64,000 nucleotides of DNA from Epiperipatus broadwayi (Eukaryota; Animalia; Onychophora). Each line of letters starts with the position of its first letter. The first letter of the stretch is position 1. This document shows, one piece after another, positions 13,501-28,500 of the stretch. The notes below the pieces were generated by a model. It was not told the origin of the DNA. It saw only the letters and a program-made list of their open reading frames with translations, and searched no databases. The stretch covers positions 17,112,001-17,176,000 of the forward strand of contig JAQFVV010000005.1 of assembly GCA_028023455.1 (NCBI GenBank), written 5' to 3'. The position numbers were made by a program, and so were the translations under genes.

Positions 13501-16500
13501 TGCCTTTATAAACTCCAATGCATTATTTTGTAAAGCTTCTTCAATCAATCAATCAATAGTATTCTGTCCAATAGACAGGTCCAGAGAGTAGTCACAACAT
13601 CAATTCATCCATTCTTCCATTCCATTCTTTTCCTTGCCCATTTCTTCAATTTCACATAAGTCTTCCCATCTCTTATATCATCAATAATGTCAATCTCTTC
13701 CATCCTTTCTTTTTATTTCCACTCACCATTCCCTCCAAAACATCTTTCATTAAACTATAATCTCTTCTCAATATATGTCCAATCCAGTTTCTCTTTCTCT
13801 GATATTCTCAATCAATCTTTTTCCCTCATTTATTCTTTTCAAAACTTCTTCATTTGTTATTTTACTCATCTAACTGATTTTTTCCATTTTTCTCCACCAT
13901 CGTTTCTTAATTCTATTACTCAATGTCCATGTCTCAAAACCATACATTAATACACTCCACACATAACATTTAATTAATCTCTTCCTTAATTCTCTTTCCA
14001 AAGGTCTACAAAATTTCTTCTTTCTCTTCATAAATGTCTCCTTTGATAATGCTATTCTTCTTTTAACTTCATCTTCACTTCTTCCATCCTCACTCAACCA
14101 ACTACCCAAATGTCTAAATCCCTTCACTTGTTGACCATGTCATCACATATTTCAATTTGCAGTCTTTTTGCATCTTTTCCTATCCATAAACACTTAATCT
14201 TTTTAATATTAATCTTCATTCCATATGCCATACATCCTTCTAATTTATTCCAATATATTCTGAAGACCCTTTTCCTCCTCAGCAATAAGAGCCATATCAT
14301 CTGCAAATCTTATACACTTTATTACTCTTCCTCCAACATTTGCTCCTCCACAGATCCAGATAATAATTTAGCATATCTTCTAAATAAATATTAAACAGAA
14401 CAGGTGACATGGTACACCCTTGCCTAACTTAACTTTCTATATTCACTTCAGTCACATTACTCCCAAATCTAACTCTTATCATTTGACCATTATACATAGT
14501 CCAAATCAATCACCTTTCTTTCCAAACTACTCTTTATCTCTAAAGATGGACATCAGTTTATTCCAGACTACTCTATCAAATGCCTTTTCTAAATCTACAA
14601 AACATATACCAATTCCTTTATCTCTTTCAATATATCTTTCTGCAATTGTCCTAACAATACCAATAGCATCTCTTTTGCTTTTCCCTTTCTGAAAACCAAA
14701 CTGTTCTTCACCAGTATAATAATCTAACATCCCATAAATCCCTTGATTTAAAATCCTCTATAAAACTTTAAAAGCATGAGACAACAAACTTATTGTTCTA
14801 TATTCTTCACATTTAGCAGCTTTCTTCTTTTTAGCAATTGGAATCATTATAGTTCTTAAAAAATATTCAGGCCAAACTTCAATTTCTCTCAAAAATTCTA
14901 TAGGTATTGCATCAAATCCATTCTTCATTTGAGCGATTCTTTCTTACTTCATCCACAATATGTCCATACCTCTATCATCTATTTCAACATCTTCATTTTC
15001 AAGTTCACAATTAATTACATTATTTCCTCTACTAAACAGACACTGACGGTATTCTGCCCATCTTTTTAATATATCATTACTATCAGTTAACCTCCTTTCA
15101 TTCTTATCTGTAATCTCATTTGCTACTCATGTCTTTTTCTTCCAAGTGATACTTTGTATTCTATCAAATACCAGATCATATTTTTTCACCTGTTGAAGCC
15201 TTTCTATCCCTTCACAGTCTTGTTCCAACCACTTTTCTTTTGCTAAATCTGTTTCTCTTTTTAGTTCATTATTAAATTTCCTATATGCCTTTTGATCTTC
15301 CTCAGTATTTGCATTTTTCCACCTTTTCCAATATACCTTCAATTATCCAAGGTTGTTTAGCTTTCTTTGCATGAATAATACCTATTTCATTTTTTTTGCT
15401 GTTTTCAAGAATCCTTTTTTAATTCTATTCCAACACTCATCCTGAACAATCCTTTTAAATTCATTTTCATATACTAAAACAACTTTTTTCCATTTGTCTC
15501 AATTTATCCAAGTCCATCTTGCATATCTTTTTCCTCTTTTAATTCTTTTTAAACTCAACTTTAATTTAGCAATCACCAAATTATGATATGAATCTATATC
15601 AGCACCAGGCAAAGCATATGAACCCTTAATAGCATTCTTATATCTATTCTGAATCAATATATAATCAATTTGATAACGTTTTCTGTCTGGAGTTTTCCAT
15701 GTATATAATCTTCTAATATGATTTTTAAAACGTTTGCAATGACAAACCTATTCTCTTTATAAAATTGTACAAGCCGACTACCTCTTTCATTTCTTTTTCC
15801 AATACTATAATTTCCAACAATTTTCCCTTCCCTATCTTTCCCCACAACAGGATTCCAATTCCCCAATAGCTATATACATGCATTTTTTCCTTCACATTGA
15901 ATAGTTTCTTCTTCTATCTTATACATTTCATCAATTTCAATATACTTTCTTCTATCTTCTCATGCATTTCATCAATTTCAATATCATCATGACTACTAAT
16001 TGGCATATAAACTTGTATAATTACCAAATCCCTAGGACTTGTAGCATTTATTCTCATCACCATCTGCCTATTGTTAATGCAATCAACCTTTCTCACACTT
16101 CCAAATTTTTTTCCCCACTGCAATGCCAACTCCATTAATTGACCCATCACCACCCGATTAAAATAATTACATCTCCACTACTTACTTCTCCACATCCTTC
16201 CCAACTCACTTTGCTTAATCCCATAACATCAATGTTATTTATGTGCAACTCATCTTTTCAAATTCTCCAATTTCCCATCTCTCCTCAAAGTTCTAACATT
16301 CCACATTCCAATTTTCAATGTATCTTCCCTCCATGAATTATATTTATGAGGATTTTGCAGGTTGACGACCTGAGTAGCCTCATGTCCACTCCTGCCGGCA
16401 AGACACCAAAGTCATTCTTAACTAAGGTCTCAACACCAAACGTAATGATTCCTGTAGATTAAACAATCCAAAACAAAGCAAAACTCTCCATATAGTAGTG

Positions 16501-19500
16501 CCATCTTGTGCTAACAAGAGCAATCAATGGATGCCAGAAGGCTTGTGCATAAAATCCCTATCTAGTGCCTACTCATCCAATATCCCCAGATTAGTTTCTG
16601 GCTTGTGGCCTTCATCAGTGAGGAGCCCTGGATCTGAGAGCACTGCACCTAGATCTTAGTGATAAATAAAACGTAATTAATAAATATAAATCATAATTTT
16701 TTTTAAAAAGTCTTGTTTAAAATCTAATCGTTTAACTTGCCTAAATAATACTTAAAGGTAGGAGAAATGAAACTTGGAAGGGAGGGGGCAGAAATTTAGC
16801 TGGTAGTAAGGAATCATCAGTCAACTTTTTTTTTTATCATTATATTTGTAATTATTGTTTTGTCTTTTAAAAAAAAAGTTTTTGTCCTTTTGAAATTTCA
16901 TATATAACAAATTTGTGTAACGTAATTACTAACACTAAGTAAATTCTTTTTTTTTTTTAGTGTTTTTGTTTTTTGAGGAAGTTTACTGATATGTAACGAT
17001 ATATAAATATGTCATTACATTTATTTAAAATAAAAACTTAAAAGTTCGCAAATAAAAGGAAAAAACTAAACGCTAAAATTAAAATGTTTGTTAAACATAT
17101 ATATATTCGCACAGATGCTAAACTTTAAAAATATTTTTTTCATAAACAAAAAAAAAAAAGTATTTGAACGTATTTTTTTTAATAAAAAAATACAAGATTG
17201 AAATATAAAAATATTTTAATAAAAAAATAACGTAAGTTAAAATAAAAACAGGTATTAATTAATTCCTGTAATCTGTAAATGGAAATGATTGTTTATTAAT
17301 TATCTAAAAGCTGTGTAATTAAAAAGTCAGATGAAAAGTTAGATAAGAGAAGAAAGAGATTTTAGCTTGACCAGTGGAAGCAAATAAAGGCCCGGACCAT
17401 AACGAAAAAACAGAACAGTGACGTTTTTGTTCATGGAATCCATAGGAGGACTATAAAAAGAAAAAATATTGAGTTCCAGTCAGTTTTCCAACTTGATTTT
17501 GGTGAGTCGAACGACAAGACGCACTTGCCGTCCTCACTCATTTATTTTAAAAATGCAAAGACTGTGATACCAGAACAGAACCAGCTAATGCCACCTCCAA
17601 AATATCAGACCGGTCTTCCAGGAAAGTCTCCGTGGGAATTGCCAACGGGAACATGGACTCTTCTACCATAAGCTATATGAAATGAACAATTATTGAAATC
17701 AATTAAGAACTTTCGTCAAGTTTTACAAATTAATAAACAAGCCAACTTAAATGTTAAAACGGACTCTTATCTGACTTTTGTAAGTTTTTAAATCAAATTA
17801 ATAATGTTTAATTTTATATGTTTTCCGATTGATAAAAATCATTTCCATTTTTTTTCTTTCTTATTGTATAAATTGTTTATTGTTTAAATTTTAAATGATG
17901 AAATTTAGGTTGGGTATAGACGTTGCATAGATTCATTAGCGGTTGATAATGTTGTGGTTTTCACATTCGATTAGAATATATGTCAACGATATCACTGCAA
18001 GCATCTTACGATGAATGCTAATGGGATTTGTATATTCCCTATGCAAGTGACGTTTATCGATGACTTTGTATTTTGATCGGTTGTGTTTAATTTGGAATGT
18101 TTTTGACCGTGGAATCTGTGCAGCTGATCTGTACTCAACATTTTAAAACAAATTTTATAAAATGCATTTGTGCGAACGTATTTAAATGTTAAATTTAAGT
18201 CGGGCGTGAATGGCTATATAGTTTTGTAAAGTTATATTAAGGGAGGGTAATCTTAGGTTATTCGTTTCGTGGTTGAATTGGCTCAATGGATTGGATGTAT
18301 TTGTGTAATTAGTAGATGTAGTATGAGGTCCGCTACGGGCAGGATTATAGATATACGCCACACACCCTCTGTTTGCCTATGGATGGGTTTGTAAGTCGGC
18401 AGAAGACCGCAGTCCATTCCTATGGAGTTTTTTGTTTATTGTTCTACTTGCCAACAGATGTCACATTCCTGTTGGTGGAGAGTCAATGTCTTCTCTATTT
18501 CTACTTATTGTTCAGATGTACATTCCTGACAGTATAGTATTTTGTGTTGTCGTATCATGCTACATTGAATACATGAATGTATCAGATGGATTGGCGCCAG
18601 TTTGGTTGCGAAATTTGTTGCCTAAGGTTAAATCAGGGAAGAATATTTTCTTTTCAAATGCAGATCTATATAGTCTATTCATACTTGACTATCTAAATAA
18701 AATTCTAAACTCATTGAAATTTAGTTAAATGTAAAATTAAAAGTTAATATAAAAATCTAAAATGTTAAACTTATTCCTCAAAATTTAAATGTTATTTTAT
18801 ATGTGCGTAAATAAATATTATTATGTGTTAATTTCTGGCAGTGGCTTTTATTCTTTTATATTTAAGATATAAAATTAAGATATAGATTTTTATCTCTGCG
18901 TCTCCGCTGAGCTAGTGACTTGGGCTAACGATCGGAATATTTAAATAGAGTGGAATCTTAACAGCGCGTATCTGCCTACTTTATAAATTTTTCTAGGCTC
19001 AAATGCCTAGATGGCGCCCTGGTAGTTGCAGATATTGTTTTTGCGGTTAGATTCGATCTTCACTTGCATTTCGATGTGATGTTTAGTGATTCCTGTAGAC
19101 TTACTCATAATAAAACAAGGGAATTATAGGACAAATTTCTCCACAGCTGTTTTATAACTTAGGTCTCAACACCAAACGTAATGATTCCTGTAGACTTACT
19201 CATAATAAAACAAGGGAATTATAGGACAAATTTCTCCACAGCTGTTTTATAACTTAGGTCAGGGTCACTTGTCAATTTTTTTCAGAAATTTTCATCCTCT
19301 ATGCTATATATCAGTTGTTCCAAATAATACATAATTTATTTCCAGACCAAAATCACAGTATTTAGCCAGCTTCCTTAGAGCTAAATCATAATCCACATAT
19401 TTTTTTTTTGTGGTAGTTGTTTTCGATTTCTCAATCTCAGCCAAGCTACCCATTTTGATATTTTAGGGCAAAATATTTATTCAAAATTTCTATAACTTTA

Positions 19501-22500
19501 TTATATGGAAGTTTCTCCAGATGTTTGGGATCAGCTGTATAACATTTTGACCTGCAAAATATGGAAGGGTTGACACTTTTAGACGTTCATCTTCCACTTT
19601 ATTTATAAACATAATATTCAACGTGTTCTACAAACTTTTCCATGAGTCCATATTGGTTATATCGAACTTGCGGATTGCAGAATTTATAACTGTCATATTT
19701 TATTATTCACAGTAGAAGTTATCCGGTGTTGAATCTTGTAGTAATCCTGTCAAATCCTGTTGTTAGTACGCCAACTGCTGTGTCATGAGGGTCCTTAAAG
19801 ACCAGTCAGGGAGCTAAATAAATAAATATTATATTTCAAAATGTACATATAATAAGATTTATTTAATAACAATAATAATGTGAACAAACAATATAGAAAG
19901 ATAATAGTCCATAAATATTCATATGCTATATATTTTCCTCTGGTGAAAATAGTCTTCTTTCACACCAGATGTAATTCAGTTACTATATTTATGCCTTCAA
20001 ATCAATAGTCTCTTGAAATTACAAAGGAGCATATATAATTTCACGTATAGAATAAAAACTATTAATGTTTGCATGTTATATATTAACTATCTCTATTTCC
20101 AACTTGTCTCATGCAGTTTGGTTAAGCTTCAGTTAATTACTCTTCATTGGTAATAACCTTTTCAATACATACTGATTCTTGTTTGCCACTTGTCCATTTT
20201 AGACTTAATCATTGCTAGTCAATCTACTAGTCTATCATTGATCATTATTTACTGTTCATTTGTTTTCATTTCAACACCAACTTTAATTCAGTCTGACCAT
20301 TTTAGCTGCTGCTTTCTTTTTTCTTCATTTACAAGTGAAATATCTATATACAATCTAATTTGTATGCACCTAGCTTTATTTATGTACAAATTCTATTCTA
20401 ATTTAATCTTTAATTTTGAGATGATTTCCAAGTGAATTTCTATAGTAATTTTCTCCAATAAAATCCGTGCATATTTACAAAAATAAATAATCTTTTATTT
20501 ACATATACAGTTTTATATGCGTGGACATTTCAGATATCTTCAGAATAAAGTCACATTGTGGTGCATATTAGTTGAAGTTAATTGAATGCAAGAAAGATTT
20601 CTTTGAATATATAAAAAAAAAAATGCAGTTTTTAATAAAACTTCTTTCCAAATTTTTGTATAAATCTCATCATATCTATTAATTAATAATAAAATATGCA
20701 GAACTAAAAAGTAAATAAATTTGGAAAACGTTAAATGAATTCAATAGCAATTCACTCTATTCCTGAGCCAGCCATTATAAGTTTGAATATTCAGTGGACA
20801 CTGACTGACTCGAGTTCATAGCTCATGAATAGTCAAACTTTTTAATGAGCTCCTGAGTAATAAATCATTCAATTAATATTATTACTAGATGGTAGTGCTA
20901 CACTTGCATCCCTAAACCAATTTCTGGCTTTTGTCTTTTACCATGGAAAATTAGCATTCAAAATTGGAATTAATGAATTATAACTCCTTTTCATCTTTTG
21001 ACTGGAAATGTTAATATCACAAAATGCCACAAGATTTTTTTCAATTTACTCTTAATATATTTTTTTAAGAATAATTCTTTTTACCTCTCCCAGAATTATC
21101 TTCTATAAGCTTGTGGAATCATTGATATCTGGATTTGGTCATCATTGAGAATTTAGGTTTCAAAGTTAGAACCTATGTAACTTATAATTAATAAAGCTGA
21201 TAGTGAATGGCTCTGAAATAGAATGAAAAGAAATGCTGGTGAAAGAATAGATAAAAATAAGCTAAGAAATTGATATGATGTTTTTTTGATATTAAATTTT
21301 TTAGCCAAAGGGTGAAGTTTGTTAGAACTATTGTAATGTACTAGAATGTAGATGTAATGATTGTTTTTTGAAGAAAATTGACTTATAGGTTGGATAGGAA
21401 AGAAAACTAATGACTAGAAATTGAGAAAGGTCTGTATGGTAAGAGAAGTGTTGAACGTGATAATATTAAATAAATTAAAATTCCTGGGTTATATTTTGAG
21501 ACAATTTGGAAAAGGTTTGGGAAAACTGGCAAGGGAGTAGATCAAGGATATTTTATCCTAAAATTTATGATCAGTGAGATTGAATGTAATTTTTATGCAA
21601 ATATGAGTGAAGAAAGAATGACATGGCTGCAGTAACAAGGCATTGCTTGGAGATGGAAGATGCATACAGCATTAAACTGATGTCACTAAAATATATAATT
21701 ACTGATCTGATATCAGGTATATATAACTATGCAAATTAATTGATTTCGATGCAAATTCTCAGGGTTTTTTTTAATATCGGTATTAGCTTGATAGTATAAA
21801 GAAGTTAAAGGTTTGAATTCTATTTTCTTATGAAGCCAAAAACCAGAAACTGATCAGGAAAAGCAGAGATAATCAAGCTTAATGCAGTTCTGAAATAGAT
21901 AAAGATAACTGCTTTTATAAGCATAAGTTGAGAGTAAGCTGAAAAAAATAATGTGACGCTTCATTAAAACATGATAATAAGTTGTAGGAATATAGGATGA
22001 AATTTGTAAAGAAGGATTTATATATCTAAGGCAATTTATTATTTTTATTAATAATAGGAAAATAGTATTGTGATGCTGTTTTAATTATACACAAAATTTG
22101 ATTTTAAGAAGTCTTGATAAACATATACATAGTAATGTTAATCAAATTTTATGTTAGAAAATTATCACCAGGTTATGATCAATATAAGAATAAAATCTGG
22201 AAAAGAGTGGTTGGATTTTGCAAGGCATAGATTAAATTTATATAAAAAAAGGAGCAATAACAATTATGTAATGATTTTTTAATAATAGCAACAAATAAAT
22301 TAATTCTTTACTTAGCACAGTATATAATAAAAAACTGGAACAGCTACTATAAGTTAGAATAATCATGATTATCAGAATACTTATTACACTTTAAATCCCT
22401 ATTCTCAGAATAGTTTCTAGTTTTTGCCTTTGTTAGTGATGTTTGGGATTCAAAGTACATGGCATTAGAGTATAGAATTGCTCTTATTCTTATATTGTGT

Positions 22501-25500
22501 GAGCTGAAAAACTAAATGATCTGTTGTCGTTATTAACATTCCTAGCCTTGGGGTGGAATGTGCCTCCAGTTAATAAAGAATTGAGAATAATAAAATGTAT
22601 AAATCCTACTTTGAGATCAGTTCTGCATAATTGTGCAAATTAGGTTGACTTGTGTTTAAAATCATAGGATTATTTGAATATTGAGTTGTTAGTATGAATG
22701 GTAAAATGAAGTTAAAGATGATTGTTAAATATATAACATTATTTTCTGTCTCTCTGAAGTTTTACAAAGATTATTCACTGGTTGCATATGATTATATCCT
22801 TCACTGTGAAATGTTTAGACTTGCATTTCTGCATTTTCAGAGTCATATTATGAACAATGTGTGCTGCCTCAAGCTTAATCACTTTCTTTTGATAATTTCA
22901 CAATGAGGGTCCATCATTTTTTCATACCTTCCTTCATCTCAAACTTATGCATTTTAGCAAATTTAATTATTGTAGCACATGTTTAAATGTATCATTATTG
23001 GTGCGTAATCTTTAAAAATCCAGAACATACAATGAAGAATAATTTTTTTATAGACACTTTTCATACAACTTTTTATCACTATAGTTCAGGCTGCAGTGAT
23101 ATTTTTTGCTTTATAATTATGTTTTTTTCTAAAATTTTTGCGGTGACAGATGTTCATTCCCTGATCTATTGACTGTACTAGAAAGATAATATTGTAGCAG
23201 AGAGGGGATTATTTGACTTACATTAGAGAAATGTTAAGATTGGGGTAATAACTAGGTGCATTGTCTTGGATGAGCAAAATTTTGAAAGAGATATTGTTTT
23301 CTTTGACAATATTTTTTCATCTTGAGCAAAAAATAATTCACAAATCAATTTTCAATCATGTCAATAGTTATTCATAGCTTTTTTTTGTGTTCAGAATTGG
23401 CTTTATAGTGATTATTAATATATAAAGATTTTCAAATGTGTGGATACATGGACACTAGCTTAAATGTTCTCAATGCATTCTTTTTCTTCAAAAGAAGTGT
23501 TCTTGGAAGTTTTATACTCGGACATTGTCTTTTCCCTCTTTGCAATATGTATTCTAAGAGTACCAAATTCTCCATACAGTAGTGCCACCCAGTGCAAGCC
23601 TTTGTAATCAATGAATGCAGGAAGGTTTGTGCATAAAATCTCTATCTAGTGCCTACTCATGTAACATCCCCAGACTAGTTTCTAACTTGTGGACTTGGTG
23701 GCACTACTATATATAGAGTTTGGTACTATTATTAACAGCGTAAGCATATAAAATTGTGATCATGTGAATATATATTCTAAATGCATTATTGCTAGGAAAG
23801 ATTAAGTTAGTCAACATTGCAAATTTTTGTTTGGAAAATAGAGACTTTCATGGATGATTTTTTAAAAATATTGTTTTGCAGGCTTAGTAAAACCACTAAC
23901 AACTTGTCCAAAAATCTGAAATTCTGCATGATTCTTAAAGCAATGAAACCAATGTCAATTTTTTAAAAAAAGATTGTAATGCCATCTGGATATTTTTTAA
24001 AAGGCTTTTGCTTTTGGCCTGAACAAACTGTTTGCTTAAGAAACTCACTTTTGAACTTGGGATTTTCTATCTAAATAATTTATTCATATCACTAATGATT
24101 TTTTTGCATAATTTTAATGATTATTGCATTTCATCATAGCAATTTTTTTAACATGCTATAAATATAGCTAAGTTCTTGAGTCATGGAAATGATGTTTTAT
24201 AGATGATTTCAGTATGCTTAGCAGTTTTTTCTTTCCATGAAATGAATATTTTCACCAGTCATTTTTAAAGGAATTAGTAACAAAAAATAGAACATAAAAT
24301 GCTCACAATATCCTCTAACTGAATATATATGCTGAATGAGAAAATTGATCAATGGAAACAACTTTGAATTGCCATTTGCCACAAATTAATAGATTTTTTA
24401 TTACCTGCACATTGTATTCTACATTATTATTTCTACGAAATTCTGTAGTTTTTTTCCTATTTGTCTGAGATTTTTTAGTAAGTATGAAGCAATCTAACTC
24501 AATTCTATATAAATCAGAATATTCACATATATGTGTTATTATATTTATGATTGAGAAATTACCTTATATGTTATTGCTTATTATTAAAACACTTCTAGAG
24601 GGAGTGTGTGAGGAGTTCAGTTTGTTACATTACAGATACCAGTAATGAAAAATAGATATATCATGAGGTTTACAATCAATTATATCTTCTAGTCCAAAAT
24701 TTATGTGGTATTAGATTAAAAGTAGTTGAGGTTTCTGGATGATGAATAAATAATTAATTTGATATATTATTTTGATATGTCTAGTAGACATCATTCATAT
24801 CGAAGGAAGCTGTGCTGTTTCATCACATTTACTGGTGAAATCAGATGTTTAAATCGAGATATTAATTGGTGCTGAATTATGTGTCAGATAAATGATCTGT
24901 TTTTCATTATCAATATCAACTATTATTTAGCTGTTCATGTTAAGCAAATAATGGCAGTCACATCTGAGTAAAACATTACTGCTAAAGTAATAAACAACTA
25001 CATACATTGGAAATTCTGAAAACATTATTCACATTTTTTATTTATGAAAACCTTCATTTTAATTTATAGGGAGTCTATTATTAATCCAAAATCCTTGTTT
25101 TCAGAATTTTTTTTAATTTGCGATTTTTTTCAGATTTCAAGCTGTACTAAAAATTAATATGAACATTAATTTTATTAGCTATAGGTTGTATTATTAGCAG
25201 CACAAAATTTTTATACAGCAATAACTAATAACAATAAATCAAAACAAGGGGAATATTATTTAGATATTAGAAGTTTTTAGATTACTGGTGTTCAAATGAG
25301 TGGTAGACTATATTGTAACGTTTTTGTCGTTTTGCTAGGTTCTGGTTGGCCTAGTTTAACACATTATATAATGAAAGTTAACCAAGCTATGGAGAAGGAA
25401 AATATCTTGTTCCTATTTCCAAAAAACATAGCTATATTTCCTGATTAACTGGCCTAATAATTATTGCGACTTACGCTGCCAGCGGAATCAGTTTTTTATT

Positions 25501-28500
25501 TATTTTAACAAGAGTGCCAGGATTCATACAAGAATCCGCTGAAATCCGTCACGTTGCACATCGTAAATTAAGAAGAAAATAATTTAAAACATCGGGATTA
25601 TGATTTTCCATAACTTTATTTTTTTATTTTGAGAATATTTCTCCCAAGGCTTAATTAACAAATATTGGCAAGGGTAAATTACTCATAATAGATTATAAAT
25701 AAATTAGCCATAAAATAATGCACAATGAAAAGTTGATAAAAGCAAAATATTTTATTTAAACAGTACTCATTTTATAGCTAAAGACGCCGCTCTATGGTGC
25801 CGTTTTCACGCTAAAACACAAAAATGCTGTTTCCGCGGCCGACACGTTCGAACCCGCGTTTTCTATAATACAACTTTTTTTGTTGTGCTACAGAATACAG
25901 GCCACTATGTCGCATCACAGTACAGCATGTATGTCGCATCGCAGCAAATACATTTTCCGAATTAGCACAATTTATAAAATAGTTAAGGCTTGATGAGAGA
26001 ATGTGTATTTGAATTGGATGGAAATATTGTTTTCATTGGATTTTATTTTATTTTAAAGTATTGAAATGTTAGATTTTGTAAAGTAATAATTATAAGACTT
26101 TTTACAATGTACTGTATTGAAGTTTTAATTGGGAAAATGTTGACAAGATCTGTTTTTAGTGAGTTGCAATTAGGTAATGCGTCAAGTAATGTACTGTTCG
26201 TAACATTCCACGAGACAAAGAAGATTCTACCGTGTGTATATTTTTGAAGTAAAAAACAGCGGTAACAAAAAAATATCCAGTAAGAAAAGTACAAATATAC
26301 ACGATTTTTTGTAAATTTCATAAAAAGCAAATATTATAAATATGATTAATAAGTAAAGAAGACATTTATATGTGTTTGTTGTTGTTTAAAAAAGTTTGAG
26401 TTTCTTTGTTTTGTCCGACTACGGTTACGATTTTGATATTTTTTATTTTAGCATTACAAACAACAGGACACTAATCCTAAAACTAAACCTAATCCTAAAA
26501 CTAACCCTAACAACTTTTAATTTTTATTGTCATTCTATTTGAAGTAAAAAATAGCCTTAATATTTCTTTGTCTGTAAAAAAATATATATATAAAATGAAG
26601 ATTAAAAAAATAAAAAATAGACTAAAAAATTTTACTTTTTATTACGATTATTATTTTTTAAACAACAACAACAAAAAGAAGTCATAACACAAATAAAAAA
26701 ATATTCGATAAAAAATTGATAAAAAAAAGCCATAACACAAGTAAAAAAATATACGATAGAAAATTGATTTTTTTTTAATAAAGCAAAATAAAAAACATGA
26801 ATCAAATTGTAATTTGTTGATTTTATTTTACATTTATTATTATCATTTAAATTGTATACGTTAATAAAAAATAATATTTAAAAAAGACGATTTTGTTTTG
26901 TTTTTATTTTCGCATTACAAAAAAGCACAGCAAAATTATTATAATCAACAGCCAAGGAATGGTCATATTTTATAGTTTTAGCGTGAAAACGACGCCATCG
27001 AACGGCGTCTTTATCTATAAGACAAGCACCATTCAAACAAATTAAAATATTTAAAAGATAAATTACTAATAAGTTGGAAAGACTACACACATGCTTATCC
27101 AGACATGAATCAATTAATTAAAACAGTTTAACAATTAAAGTTCACTTCCAAGTTTCTTCTAGAAGGTTGTAACTAAAAGTCTCTTGAATAAGAAAAAATT
27201 ATGTCTCTATCGGGATAATATTCTAAACTTATGGAAAATGGTTTGCAAATGCTTAATTTAAGTCACGATCGGGATATGAATAATTTTACCCATAAGTTTT
27301 ATAGTACACATTTTGAAGAGCCCATTGAAGTTAACTAGTTTCACTCTGTCAACATTTTTGTAGGTTCTTGGCCCGTTCTAATGGCTAGACGACATTTTTT
27401 ATCTGAGTGACCTATACGACGAAAGGTATCTGTAAATGCATTGGTTCCACTCCGCATGATGATTCACCTCAGTATATGAGTAATGGTAGTCCTGCATATG
27501 AGTAGTCCGGGATAGATTTTTTCTATTCCAGACCTAATGGAAGCTGTTAGTTAAGAAAAAGACAAAGACACCGTTTGAAGTTTTTTTTGACCTTTTTATA
27601 TTCGCGGTCAATTTTTTAGACTTCTCTTCACATCTATTTTCTTTTGTCCTTTATCAGCATACAAGATAATAATCTTGTACATTCTTTCTTAAATTTAAGT
27701 TATAATGTCTTTTTTTTTTTTTAACATAATTCGAGTTAGAAAGATTTTACTAATTGAAATTGCATGTGGAATTATCTTTCTTTTAGTTTATCTGGATTAG
27801 TAATCTGCATGTCTTTTATTCTTTCCAATTTTAACTTTTATTTTTAATTAAAGTAATGCTTTTACTGTATGTTTTAAAAAAATAAATTATACTAACTAAA
27901 AAAAAATCTAAAATGTGTCTTTTAAAAGATCGCTAAATTTATTTTTTCTTTTAGCTTTTACCAAATGCCAATATATTTATACCATATATAAATAAACGGT
28001 ACAATATATATTATTGATATTTTCTAAATGGTAACTGATTTTCAATGATATATGAATATGAACACACCATATGCAAATAGATATAATATGTTTATAGATG
28101 TTAATTAAAGAAATGTGGAGTAATAGAATTTAAAAATAATAGATAATAATGTAATGGTCGGAGTAAGCTGACAACTGCATAAATCACTAGGCTGACTTCA
28201 AACCAGCACAACTCCTTTCAACCTACATACTACTTCACTTTTTTTTAAGGCTCGGTGATAATGTTAACCTCAGATCCCAGTAGAAATTGCTTAAACCTCC
28301 CACAGGTCCACTCAATTACCAAGGCTTCTTGTTTGGTGGTTGTATAGTTTAGTTTGGCACCCCTATGGGATCCTACTACAAAAATATAATACACGTTTTT
28401 TTATCTTCAACTGAAATAGTAGCACACCCAATTCTTGCTGGATACTGTCAGTCTGCAAATAAAAGGGTGGTTGAAATTGGATGGGAAAGCATTACAGCAT

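Larger units (their letters stand above)
11574..20532 (-). mobile_element. Decayed Gypsy/Ty3 LTR retrotransposon with nested insertions
   Basis: LTRs 11574-12326 and 19776-20532 (~750 bp, TG...CA); 5-bp TSD GATAT (11569-11573, 20533-20537); PPT agtgggaggaa next to the 3' LTR; PBS-like TGGCGTAC..CAGGA next to the 5' LTR; gag start near 19686, zinc knuckle [14 protein letters not shown] (~13370-13415), protease-like LNTGSA (~12860), integrase C-terminal KRHVKRL (~12610). Confidence 0.88.

Noticed and set aside
13687-16336. Plus-strand ORFs from the ORF track over the RTE element
   Set aside because: Antisense shadows of the minus-strand LINE
18432-18728. ORFs within the solo LTRs (also 52259-52675) as genes
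   Set aside because: Frames not conserved between the two copies; non-triplet indels and stops
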